Positions 1 to 8,867 of a stretch of 64,000 nt of DNA are shown in pieces (the first letter of the stretch is position 1; each line of letters starts with the position of its first letter). The DNA comes from Thermoanaerobaculia bacterium (GTDB lineage: Bacteria; Acidobacteriota; Thermoanaerobaculia; UBA5066): the NCBI GenBank assembly GCA_963816185.1, contig CAWFJJ010000030.1, positions 32,001 through 96,000 of the forward strand. Reading direction: 5' to 3'. The notes beneath the pieces were generated by a model that saw nothing but the letters and a program-made list of their open reading frames with translations, ran no database searches and was not told the DNA's origin. The position numbers were made by a program, and so were the translations under genes.

Positions 1-656
1 TTATCAAAGCCGATTTTGGCGGTGATCGCCGCGCCCAGAGCGTCCAAGATATCGTCTTTCTTAACTTCCTTCTGAGAATAATTCACTGACTCTACAATAG
101 TTTTCGCGGGTGGATAAATAGACTGGAGTATCTCGAGGCGCTCCTGGTAACCAGTTGCCTGCCGCTTGGGATGGTGCAGCGGCCGGCAACGATTCAAGCT
201 CCAGAAGCAAAGCTCGGGATGAATTTCCCTGACAGAATTCCTGGCCTCCGGGTTGCTTGCCAGGAATTCATCCACTTCACGAATTTTGCCGACGATATTC
301 CAGGTCGCCTTAAATATCCGCGTGCCGGTTAATTCTTCATTTTTGGCGATGGCTTGGTCATAGGACTCAGCATAAACCGCGGGCCGGCAAGGAACCCGGA
401 AGACGGCGGACCTGCGGGGCCCGATCAATTTCCGGGCCTCCTTGTCGCAGCGCCTTTCTTGACGCTCCATAGAACCTTTGGTGCGGCTGCCTTCCCTCAA
501 GCCGATGGGGATGTCCACCAGAATCAAGGCCGCGGCGGCGTGCTTCTCCCACAGTTGGGAGAAGCTTCTGAATAAATTTACCTCCCAATCGTCGAACAGG
601 GATAGTTTTACTGCCAGCCAACCTCCCTTGCAGCCATCGACGCCCAAGAAGTCCAT
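1..656 (-). CDS. DUF429 family protein (predicted RNase H-like nuclease), 3' end runs off the window
   Basis: Manual minus-strand translation from ATG at 656: MDFLGVDGCKGGWLAV...ILVDIPIGL...RRCDKEARKLIGPRRSAVF..PCR...REIHPELCF, the hallmark DUF429 motifs. Absent from the ORF track because it is open at the edge. Confidence 0.85.
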   Translation of the reverse strand, partial: MDFLGVDGCKGGWLAVKLSLFDDWEVNLFRSFSQLWEKHAAAALILVDIPIGLREGSRTKGSMERQERRCDKEARKLIGPRRSAVFRVPCRPAVYAESYDQAIAKNEELTGTRIFKATWNIVGKIREVDEFLASNPEARNSVREIHPELCFWSLNRCRPLHHPKRQATGYQERLEILQSIYPPAKTIVESVNYSQKEVKKDDILDALGAAITAKIGFD

Positions 657-929
657 CAATCTTAGCCTTTAATATGCAGTGAGCAGTGATGAGAAAAGAC
701 TTAGAAGGCTTGGGACCAGATGTCAAGCAAAATTAAGCCGATTGGCATACTTGCGGCTGGGTTGGCGGATGCTGCACCAGGGATGGGGCCAGCAGCCTTG
801 GCCAATGGCCCCTATATGTCAATGGGCCGCAGGCCAACCGGGTTAAAGGGAAACCCCTGCCCGCGACCACCTCTGCCTCGACGGACTCAAAAATATCCCT
901 ATGATGAACCACGTCCCCCGTTAATTCGC

Positions 930-1445
930 TTAGAACACCAATGCTCCCAAAATCCCTGAGCCAATGATGATTAATGATGGATCGATTTTGGTAAAGGTCA
1001 GCAGCGCGAAGCTGATCACGGCGATGCCTGTCGTGGTCTGGTTAATCAAGGAGCCTTGGCCCAAAAAGACGAGCACCGCAATGAGCAGTCCCACCACTGC
1101 CGGCTTGATTCCTGCGAAACCGGCCCTTACCGCCCAGAGCTCTTTATAACGGAGGTAATACTTGGTAACCAGGGTGACAATAATGACGCAGGGCAGATAA
1201 CTGGCGAACATGGCCACCAGGGCCCCCACCAGGCCGCCCACCTTAAACCCCAAAAAGGCATTCATCACCGTAAGCGGCCCAGGGGTCACCTGGCCGATGG
1301 CAATGGCGTCGATGAATTCCTTATTGCTGAGCCAATGATAATGATTGACGAATTCTTGCTGCAGCATGGGGATCATGGCGTAGCCGCCGCCGATGGTCAG
1401 GGCGTTGGCAATGAACAGGATGGCGGCCATTTTCAGCAGGACCAT
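930..1445 (-). CDS. chrA: Short-chain chromate transporter (CHR family), second half
   Basis: GGGYAMIP...FIDAIAIGQVTPGP motif; hydrophobic, 171 aa. Confidence 0.9.
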   Translation of the reverse strand: MVLLKMAAILFIANALTIGGGYAMIPMLQQEFVNHYHWLSNKEFIDAIAIGQVTPGPLTVMNAFLGFKVGGLVGALVAMFASYLPCVIIVTLVTKYYLRYKELWAVRAGFAGIKPAVVGLLIAVLVFLGQGSLINQTTTGIAVISFALLTFTKIDPSLIIIGSGILGALVF

Positions 1446-1976
1446 TTAATCCCTCCGGTACAGGACCAGCCCCAAAGCCCCTGCGGCCAGGAGGATGCCG
1501 ATAGGGTTAAGTTTAAAGATATCCAGGGCCAGAAAAGCGCCCACAGCCAGCGCCGCGCTACGGTAATCCGTCACCAGCCTGACAAACATTTTATAAACGA
1601 TGGAGGCCAGCAAACCCACCACCGCCGCGGCCACCCCTTTCATCACCGATTGCAGCAGGGGGTTGTCTTTCATATAGAGATAAAAGGCCGCCAGCAGAAT
1701 AGCCAGCACCGTGCCGGTAAAGGCCTGGCCCACCGTGGCGGCCAGCGCCCCCCACAATTTCCGCAGTTTGTAGCCGATGCAAATGCCGGTGTTGACTATA
1801 GGCGGGCCGGGGGTCATCTGGCCGATGGCAAAGCTCTCCACGAATTCATCGTGGGTAATCCACTTGCGTTTATCCACCAATTCCCGTTCAAAGAAGGCAA
1901 CCATGGAATAGACGCCGCCGAAAGAGAAGCTGCCGATTTTGAGGAAGACCAGAAAAATCTTTTTTAGCGATAACAT
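1446..1976 (-). CDS. chrA: Short-chain chromate transporter (CHR family), first half
   Basis: FLKIGSFSFGG...GQMTPGP motif; abuts the partner gene. Confidence 0.9.
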   Translation of the reverse strand: MLSLKKIFLVFLKIGSFSFGGVYSMVAFFERELVDKRKWITHDEFVESFAIGQMTPGPPIVNTGICIGYKLRKLWGALAATVGQAFTGTVLAILLAAFYLYMKDNPLLQSVMKGVAAAVVGLLASIVYKMFVRLVTDYRSAALAVGAFLALDIFKLNPIGILLAAGALGLVLYRRD

Positions 1977-2104
1977 GATGTTCTCCGCTCAATTAACCAT
2001 TCATCAGCATTGCTGAATTAAAGGCGGCATAGACCCTTGGCCGGAAACTGCTTCCCCCAGCCGCTCCCGGAAACGGCCTGAGGTTAGTAACGGATCGGTT
2101 GAGC

Positions 2105-2256
2105 GGCGCTGCCGGGCTGGTGAAACCGAGGAAACTCACCTGATAAGGCAGCAGCAGAAAGGCCCCGGAGACTCCTCCCCTGGAGGTGCAGATGGACACC
2201 CCCATGGCGCTGAGGGGCGGGATAAGCGGGTTGACCTCTACCCCCGAGACGGGAAA
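2105..2256 (-). pseudogene. N-terminal remnant of a TauE/SafE (sulfite exporter) family gene
   Basis: Translates FPVSGVEVNPLIPPL..GVSICTSRGGVSGAFLLLPYQVSFLGFTSPA, matching the TauE N-terminus, then similarity stops. Confidence 0.6.
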
Positions 2257-2507
2257 GAGCCTCCCCAGAGCTTCCTTGTGAAATTTTTCCCAATATTAAG
2301 CCAAATTGAGAGCGCCTGTCAAATAAATTCTTCTCCAGGCGGCCTGAGGGTGAGAAGAAATTTTTTACCGGTATTGTTTAGTAATTATAGTTAGTTAATC
2401 GAAAGGGTCGCCAGCCGTATAAAAATTTGCACCGGAACCGCTGCCAGGGCGTGAGGGGTGATAAGGATAACTTATTGAAAGTTAAGGCAAAAAAACAATT
2501 GCGCAAT

Positions 2508-2524
2508 TTGGCATGCCCAATGCA
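2508..2524 (+). promoter_or_regulatory. Sigma54 (-24/-12) promoter
   Basis: TTGGCATGCCCAATGCA has GG-N10-GC spacing; IHF-like site (TTTCAATAAGTTA on minus strand) at about 2468-2480. Confidence 0.65.
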
Positions 2525-2534
2525 TGTAATATTA

Positions 2535-2647
2535 GCAAATACGAACCAAGTTAAGGATTCCCCCATCCCCCCCTTAAGCTAAAGTTCGTATCCATTTCTC
2601 CTTTCACCCACTGGCCGGGTCTCCCCCACTCGGCCAGTACCTTTTTT
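2535..2647 (+). ncRNA. Candidate sigma54-dependent small RNA with C-rich loops
   Basis: Long hairpin 2539-2591 (ATACGAAC/GTTCGTAT outer stem, TTAAGG/CCTTAA inner stem, C-rich loop), anti-SD-like CCATTTCTCCTTTCACC, terminator hairpin 2610-2638 plus T-run; no plausible + strand ORF. Confidence 0.5.
2610..2647 (+). terminator. Intrinsic terminator
   Basis: ACTGGCCGGGT-CTCCCCC-ACTCGGCCAGT followed by ACCTTTTTT. Confidence 0.7.
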
Positions 2648-2725
2648 GGGGGAAGTTGGGCAGTTGAGCTTCAGGAGCTGGCGGCAACCCCTTAACTTAA
2701 GCAATACCAAATGGTCTAATTAGTC

Positions 2726-3076
2726 ATGCAGGGCATGCGGCGCCATCATCTTCTCCACTGGGCAGTAATTTTCTGCTCCCTGCTGCTACCCCTGACCGCG
2801 GTAGCCGGGCCCGCCTTGCCAAACCCGGGCTCGTCCGGCTGCGGTATGGTTGCCTGCCATTGCCCCTGCTGCCAGCCTGGCAACAAGCCCCAGTGCCACA
2901 AATCGTCGCCTTCGCCTTGCGGCTGCACAAGCCTGCCCGGTCTTCAAGCCAGCCGGTTCACCCCCGAGGGTGAGGGGGGCACAGTTTATCAGCCGCTATC
3001 GCTAAACCCGGCGCCGAAACTGTTTATTCTCGCCATCTATCATCCGCCCAAGAATTTTCTCCTGTCTTCACTGTAA
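2726..3076 (+). CDS. Small Cys-rich exported/membrane protein with C-terminal IYHPP motif (DUF2946-like)
   Basis: Signal/TM segment, CxxxxCHCPCC..C..PCGC cluster, ends LAIYHPPK. Confidence 0.6.
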   Translation: MQGMRRHHLLHWAVIFCSLLLPLTAVAGPALPNPGSSGCGMVACHCPCCQPGNKPQCHKSSPSPCGCTSLPGLQASRFTPEGEGGTVYQPLSLNPAPKLFILAIYHPPKNFLLSSL

Positions 3077-3204
3077 TGCGGCAATTTTTTTCACCTGCTG
3101 ACGCCAGGGATTATATGTCCCGGCGCCACTAATGATCACCTGCCTCTCCAAGCGGAGAGGGGGCGGGGTTCGCCTCGTCTAAACCAAGAAATGGGAGAAA
3201 TAAT

Positions 3205-3558
3205 ATGTCTCAAAAGAGCAAATTGCTGGTTTGTTTGGCCCTGATCCTGATACTGAGTCCGGCCTCCGGAGCCTTAGCGAGAGGCATGGGCGGTGGTGGC
3301 GGCATGGGCGGCGGCGGGGGCATGGGCGCCGGTGGCTCCATGATGTCCGGCAACATGGGCAATATGAACAACCAGGGCATGGATCAGAATCAGATGAACC
3401 GGCAGAACATGGGCAACATGAATGGCATGAGAATGAATAATCAGGGACAGGCGCCGGCCGGTACCTGGGTTCCCAATGGCAACATGGACAACAGGGGAAA
3501 TATGGGTAACGGCAATATGCCTGCAAACGGGATGGGTTCTGGGCAAGGGCCGAATTAA
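3205..3558 (+). CDS. Secreted Gly/Met/Asn-rich low-complexity protein
   Basis: RBS GGGAGA, signal peptide ending ALA, then GMGGG and NMGNM repeats. Confidence 0.7.
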   Translation: MSQKSKLLVCLALILILSPASGALARGMGGGGGMGGGGGMGAGGSMMSGNMGNMNNQGMDQNQMNRQNMGNMNGMRMNNQGQAPAGTWVPNGNMDNRGNMGNGNMPANGMGSGQGPN

Positions 3559-3689
3559 AATTAAAGCCTTGAACTCTGGAGTTTAGAGGACCGCCACCCG
3601 GCGGTTCAGGGTATCAAATTTAAAGAGAAATGAAAGGGGCGACCCGTACGGGGTCACCCCTTTCTTGCGTCTTGGCGTGAGATTCTGCT

Positions 3690-6326
3690 TTACTCCCAGG
3701 ACTCCTCGATCTTGGTGAGCACCGCCAGTTTTCCCGGCTGGACCTTGCGATAGACCTGGGCCGGCTCTTTCTGGTGTCCGTCCACGTAAAGCAGGTCGTG
3801 CTCGATGGAGATGCCGAAGAGCCGTTCGTTTTCCTGGAGGTAAGGCAGGATCAGGTCCCAGTCCGCCGCGCTGAGGTCGACGATCTCGCCGCCGTTTAAC
3901 TGCTCGTCCACCACCTGCTGGTAGGGGTCGCGGATATAGAGGGCGCCGCCGGAGGCCAGGGAAAAGAGGTTGGAGCCGGGGTACGGGGTGCGCTGCGGTT
4001 TGAGACGACCCCGGGGGTCGTACTCCAGGCCGTTGACGATGACGAAGCCGCCGTCTTTGAAGACGTCGCCGGCCATGAAGGATTCGGCCAGGAAGTCCAG
4101 GGCGGTGCCGTTGATCACCACCCGGGGGCGGCCCACGGCGTTGATCAGGGGCCGGCCGGCGGCGTTGCCCAGGATGTAGACCTCGCCGCCCTTGGCGCCG
4201 TACATGAAGGTCTGGCCCACGTCGCCGTGCACCACCAGCTTGCCCCGCTTCATGATCTGGCCCAACTGGTCCTGGGCGTTGCCGTGGATCTGAATGCTCA
4301 TGCCGTCGATGCCGGAGGCCAGGTAGTCGCCGGTGCTGCCGTAGGCGTCGATCACCACCCCGTCGGTGTTGAGCCCGAAGCCGCAGCCCAGGAAGCGCTG
4401 CCCCCGGTAACCGTAAGTGAGGAATTGCCTCCAGCCCAGCTTGAAGGCCTGACACATGAGCCGGGCGTCGCAGTCATCCCCTTCCGGGGGAAAATCAGCG
4501 GCATCCAGGATCAGGATGGCGTCGGCCTGCTGGGGCGCCGGCAGTTGCTCCCGGCTGTCCCAATCAACCCGGCGGTAGCGGCTGCTATGCTTTTCGCCCA
4601 CGGTCGGGGTCGCCTTCAGGATAAGGGTCAAGGTCTCCATGATGAGATGCAGGAGGTTGCTGCGCTTCTTGTCGCCCGGGTCGTAACGGCGGTCCAACAG
4701 CAGGGTCAGACCGTTGATGGCCGCGGCCTTGAGGGCGTCGCCCCTGGCGGCCTGGTCGCCGACGGCCGCCAGGAACTCCCGGAAGGTGGCGTAGGAGATG
4801 GTGGCGGCCCGCTCCCGGATCGCCCGGTAGAGTTGCTCCCCGCTCTGGTCCTTAAGACAAGTGCTCACCAGGCGCACCACCTCGTCGTCTTCCTGGAGGT
4901 CGATCTCCAGCACCGTGCCGTTCCAGGGCCGCTGATGCCAGGGCACGGTCTTGGGCTTGCCGAACTTGTCGTGGCAGGAAAGCACCCGGCCACCGTTTTT
5001 CGGTTCCAGGGAGAAGATAAAGGAGCCGCCGTCGGTGGCGCTGCCGCCCCGGGCGTTCCAGTAGAGGTCGGCCACCGGGCAGACCCGGGGGTCTTCCGCC
5101 GCCAGACTGGCCAGGGTGGCGTCGATGGCCTGCTTTTCCGAGCAGACCAGGCCGATCTGCACCTCGCCGTCATGCAGGGCAAAGACCTGGGGCCGCAGCA
5201 TGGAGGTGTCGGTGATGCCGATGAGGTCGAAGCTCTTCCGCTCCGGGTCGTTCCGGGCAATGATGAAGAACCAGGGGCCGTCGGGCGAGCCGTGGATGTT
5301 GGCGGCCTGGAGCTGCCGGTAGACGTGCTGCCGCTCCGGCGGCAGCAGGTCGAAGTCCCGCTCCGTGGTGGGGGCCATGGACTCGATGACGTATTCCAGG
5401 GGATAGCCGTAGAGCCGGTGCCACAGGTCGAAGGTGAGCACCGCCACTTCCGTGTCCGTCAGGAACTGGGGATAAAAATGGCGCTGGCTCAGGTATTCGC
5501 TCACCGAGAAGTAATTGGCGAAGTCGCCGTTGTGTACCAGGGCGGTGTTGAGCGCCGCGAAGGGGTGGGCGCCGCCGGGGTGCCACACCCGGCCCCGGGT
5601 AGGATAGCGCTGGTGGGCGATCCAGATATGGGCCTTGAAGTCCAGCAATTGGTAATAATAGGCCGCTTCTTCGGCATAGCCCACGATCTTCAGGATCAGC
5701 ATGTTCCGGCCCTGGGACATGACGAAGGCCTTCTTCTCGCCCAGGGAGGCGTAATAGGCCTCGTTCAGCTTGTAGCAGTTCTGGGCCACATACTCGTCTT
5801 CCACCTTGCGCCAGGCCAGGCCGTAAAGCTTGTGCTGCTGGATGAAGTGCTGCAAAACCTCGGGCTTGACCCGCACGAAATATTGCCAGACGTCCGGCGG
5901 CTTGACCACCAGGCCCTTGATGTCCTGCCAGTTGTCCACGGTGGGCTGGCGCCGGGCGTGGTCCACCCGAAACACCGGGGTGATGAACTGGGCCTCCACC
6001 TTGGCGCGAGCCTCGGTATCCAGGTAAGCGACCTGGATGAGATAATCGTCATCCAGGATCTCCTGGGAGACCCCGAGGGTTGCCGCGTCCAGCCCCACCG
6101 CGGCGATACCGCCGCCCTTGCCGTTGCCCCGGTTGTGCATCTGGATGGAGGGGGTGACGATGTGGCGGCCGGCCACCGGCACGCTGGCGGCAAAGCCCGT
6201 GACCCCGCAGCCGCCTTCGTCCGCGGCCTTCTGGATACGCCCCGCCGGATAAGGCGAAGTGAAATCGCGGCGGGTGTCGAGGAGGGCCAGACCGGGGTGA
6301 TTATGCAAGTTGCGCTTAGACTTCAT
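3690..6326 (-). CDS. gltB: Glutamate synthase subunit: class II amidotransferase plus GXGXG (GltB domains 1 and 3 fused)
   Basis: Propeptide then CGVTG (Ntn Cys), AHQRYPT, HPF, VHNGD motifs; C-terminal GxG beta-helix (GDYLASGIDG...GQTFMYGAKGG). Confidence 0.9.
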   Translation of the reverse strand: MKSKRNLHNHPGLALLDTRRDFTSPYPAGRIQKAADEGGCGVTGFAASVPVAGRHIVTPSIQMHNRGNGKGGGIAAVGLDAATLGVSQEILDDDYLIQVAYLDTEARAKVEAQFITPVFRVDHARRQPTVDNWQDIKGLVVKPPDVWQYFVRVKPEVLQHFIQQHKLYGLAWRKVEDEYVAQNCYKLNEAYYASLGEKKAFVMSQGRNMLILKIVGYAEEAAYYYQLLDFKAHIWIAHQRYPTRGRVWHPGGAHPFAALNTALVHNGDFANYFSVSEYLSQRHFYPQFLTDTEVAVLTFDLWHRLYGYPLEYVIESMAPTTERDFDLLPPERQHVYRQLQAANIHGSPDGPWFFIIARNDPERKSFDLIGITDTSMLRPQVFALHDGEVQIGLVCSEKQAIDATLASLAAEDPRVCPVADLYWNARGGSATDGGSFIFSLEPKNGGRVLSCHDKFGKPKTVPWHQRPWNGTVLEIDLQEDDEVVRLVSTCLKDQSGEQLYRAIRERAATISYATFREFLAAVGDQAARGDALKAAAINGLTLLLDRRYDPGDKKRSNLLHLIMETLTLILKATPTVGEKHSSRYRRVDWDSREQLPAPQQADAILILDAADFPPEGDDCDARLMCQAFKLGWRQFLTYGYRGQRFLGCGFGLNTDGVVIDAYGSTGDYLASGIDGMSIQIHGNAQDQLGQIMKRGKLVVHGDVGQTFMYGAKGGEVYILGNAAGRPLINAVGRPRVVINGTALDFLAESFMAGDVFKDGGFVIVNGLEYDPRGRLKPQRTPYPGSNLFSLASGGALYIRDPYQQVVDEQLNGGEIVDLSAADWDLILPYLQENERLFGISIEHDLLYVDGHQKEPAQVYRKVQPGKLAVLTKIEESWE

Positions 6327-6340
6327 TGATTTCCTCTTTT

Positions 6341-6373
6341 AGCTATCAGCTCTCAGCTTTCAGCAGTCAGCTA
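6341..6373. repeat. Degenerate heptamer tandem repeat, (AGCTNTC)-like
   Basis: agctatc agctctc agctttc agcagtc agcta; same family at 7936-8005, 11606-11623 and 31734-31763. Confidence 0.7.
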
Positions 6374-6523
6374 AAGGCTTAATTCCGTATATGCACAAAT
6401 CTCGTTATGTAACGCCGGCGCCCTTGCCGGCGCCTGAACCGCCGAGGGCGGCGGTTCTACATCTTCTTTTTCATAGGGCGTGCCGCACACGCCGAATTGC
6501 TATATGTATCCGTGAAAATCCTC

Positions 6524-6605
6524 AAATCCCCCTAAATCCTCCTTTTTCAAAGGGGGACTTTAATGCCGTGTGACTATCCCCCCCTTTGTAAAAGGGGGGT
6601 TAGGG
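6524..6605. repeat. REP-like palindromic element (CCCCCTTT-NN-AAAGGGGG-NNTAGGGGGATTT family), split by the IS
   Basis: Intact relatives at about 31692-31727, 38849-38923 and 40941-41015; the rest of this copy is at 7920-7935. Confidence 0.75.
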
Positions 6606-7919
6606 CAGGCCTGTCCGGCAGGTAATTTGCATGGGTCAGAGGGCCGGGACATTAGCGGGCACCACCTAAGTTGAATAAAGTTAATTGGCCATAATCAGGT
6701 GGATCAGAGATTCGTGGACAGAGTAAAGCCCAGAGATTGCAGCGCTCCATGATCAGGTTTTTGACCAGTCGGGTGAGGTCCAAGATGGACCAACCCGCCC
6801 AGCTCCGCACCTTCAGCCACAGGAGCAGCAGGTAAGCGATCATGGCGGTCCAGATTTGGATGAGCACGGCATTCTCTGAGGTTCCATAAAACGCCTTAAT
6901 CTTGAGGTTTTGCTTGATCCAGCGGAAAAACGTCTCGATCTGCCAACGCTGCCGATAGAGATCGGCCACCGTTTGGGCGGGTAGGTCCGGCAGGTTGGTC
7001 AGAAACACATATTCCTTGCTGTCTGGGTCCCGATAATGCACCAGGCGCAAGGTTTCGGGATAGTGACGCCGGCTGTAAGGAGTACTGAGCCGGACGAGCT
7101 GATCGGCCGATACCGGCGAGCCGGACGAGCCGGGCCGCTCCTCGAGGACTCGATAATGGATGTGGCGGGGCAGCCGGGTGACAAACCCCACCTCGCGGCG
7201 GTGCAGGGAGTTAAGCCAGGCAAAATCGACATAGCCCCGGTCCAGCAGCACCAGATCGCCGGGGGCGAAGTCCAGGCGTCGAGCCACCTCCAGTTCATGG
7301 ACCTGGCCGGCGGTAACCTGCAAGTCCTGGGGAGCGCCCCCCGAGTCCAGGAGGACGTGGAGTTTGACGGCGTTTTTGCTGGGCTGGAAATTGGCCCAGG
7401 GAAAGAGACTGGCGCAGACCGGCACGTAGGTGGCATCCAGGATCTTCACCCGCCGGGCCTCGGACTGGCGGCCGGCTTCGGCCTGAAAGCGCGCCAGCAA
7501 TTTCTCGTAGGTCTTCTGAAAGATGAGGGCGGGGCGCTTCTCGTTGGCTTCGGCCAGGGTGGAACGCTTGGCGGGGGTGAGGCCCAGATGGTAGAGCTTC
7601 TGCCGATGCCGGCCCAGGCTAAAGACCAGGTCACGCAGGCTCTTTTTGCCGCTCAATTGGGCATAGAGCATGGCCACCAGTTGGGACCAGTAAGATAATT
7701 TTCGGGGCTTGGGACCCTGCCAGGAATGAGTCTCCACCTGGTGCTCCAAAATATGTCTCGGGAGAAGTTGTAGCATGTTACCCAGAACGGTGTTATTATG
7801 TGCCATAAGCCCCTAACCCCCTTCGATGCTTGGTTTTTTCGGCAAAAAAATTATAGCATCTATGGGTCGTTTTGGGGCTTTTTCTTTTAAATCCAAGTGT
7901 TGTCTACCGGACAGCACTG
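6606..7919 (-). mobile_element. Complete IS4-family insertion sequence
   Basis: Imperfect 16-bp TIRs CAGGCCTGTCCGGCAG (6606) and CAGTGCTGTCCGGTAG (reverse complement ending 7919); 9-bp direct repeat GGGTTAGGG at 6597-6605 and 7920-7928. Confidence 0.9.
6652..7806 (-). CDS. IS4-family DDE transposase (DUF4372 plus DDE_Tnp_1)
   Basis: ILDAT, LLDRGY and the YRQRWQIETFFRWIKQNL (YREK) signature. Confidence 0.95.
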   Translation of the reverse strand: MAHNNTVLGNMLQLLPRHILEHQVETHSWQGPKPRKLSYWSQLVAMLYAQLSGKKSLRDLVFSLGRHRQKLYHLGLTPAKRSTLAEANEKRPALIFQKTYEKLLARFQAEAGRQSEARRVKILDATYVPVCASLFPWANFQPSKNAVKLHVLLDSGGAPQDLQVTAGQVHELEVARRLDFAPGDLVLLDRGYVDFAWLNSLHRREVGFVTRLPRHIHYRVLEERPGSSGSPVSADQLVRLSTPYSRRHYPETLRLVHYRDPDSKEYVFLTNLPDLPAQTVADLYRQRWQIETFFRWIKQNLKIKAFYGTSENAVLIQIWTAMIAYLLLLWLKVRSWAGWSILDLTRLVKNLIMERCNLWALLCPRISDPPDYGQLTLFNLGGAR

Positions 7920-8015
7920 GGGTTAGGGGGGATTTAGCTTTTAAGCTTTTAAGCTTTTAGCTGAAAGCTGAAAGCTGATCGCTGACAGCTGACCGCTGAC
8001 CGCTATCTACGCAAA

Positions 8016-8750
8016 TCATCCTCCACGGCCATCAAAGTATCCAAATGCGCCACCTCTGCGGCCCCCATCCCCGGGGCCTACCGCGCCCTGCCTTCCCCGT
8101 TCCCCCCCCAAGTTCCGGCGGTGCCCCCCCGGCCCAGCCCGGCCGGCTCCTTTGCAGCGCAGGCTTCCAGGGCCCCTCGCGGTGCCATCTCCCCTCGCCC
8201 CCACGATGGCCTGGCCAGTCAAGGCCTGCGAATCCGCCGGAGCCACCAGGGTCACCTGATCGCGGATGCCTTCGGCCTTGAGGAACTGGTGCACCTTGGG
8301 GATGCCTCCCGCCGCCTTCTCTCCTCTCCGGCCCCCCCCCGCCCCCCGCCCAACCCCCCTGTGGCCCCTACCACGCGTTCCTCTTTCCCGAAGACCCCCC
8401 CCCCCCCCTCCCCGCCCACTCCACCCCCCATCCCCGCTCCCCGCCCGGGCGTGGGTGAGCTCCCCCCCCCGAGCCCCCCCCTCCCCCCCTCCCCCCCATC
8501 CTTCTCGCCCCCCTCCACCCCCCCGCTCGTTCCCCCCTTCCGTCCTACCCCCCAGGTAGCTGCCGGACTTGGTGTGGACGCCGTAGGGGCAGACTTCCAC
8601 GCATTTGCCGCACTTGATGCAGGCGGATTCGTTGCGCCAGACCCGGTACTTGCTCAAGGGCGTGCGGAACCGGCTCGGGGTGGGAACCGGCTGCCAGGGC
8701 TGGCCCTCGGACCAGGCTTCCTCGGGAACGATTTTTTCGGCTAGTGACAT
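8016..8750 (-). pseudogene. Second 4Fe-4S/FMN glutamate-synthase-like gene; middle and 3' part garbled or collapsed
   Basis: Clean N-terminus with CIKCGKCVEVCP ferredoxin motif and an internal VHQFLKAEGIRDQVTLVA remnant, embedded in poly-G/C sequence. Confidence 0.7.
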
Positions 8751-8867
8751 ATGATCAGTCTTCTTCAAATGGGTAATTTCGATATTTATTCCTGTAGGGG
8801 CGGACCTCTGTGCCTGCCCATCAGGTATCTCGCGACACCGGAGGCCCGCACCCACGCAGATGCGCCC

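Noticed and set aside
720-929. Structured RNA between DUF429 and chrA
   Set aside because: Only short GC-rich inverted matches, with no promoter/terminator context or family signature.
4227-6329. Long antisense ORFs (also 11646-12947, 22528-23940, 51120-52409, 55127-56551, 62578-63912)
   Set aside because: These are shadows of well-supported genes on the opposite strand in GC-rich DNA, with no recognisable motifs.
8320-8555. G-quadruplex or Gly/Pro-rich protein from the poly-G/C tract
   Set aside because: The tract interrupts a recognisable gene and looks like corrupted consensus.
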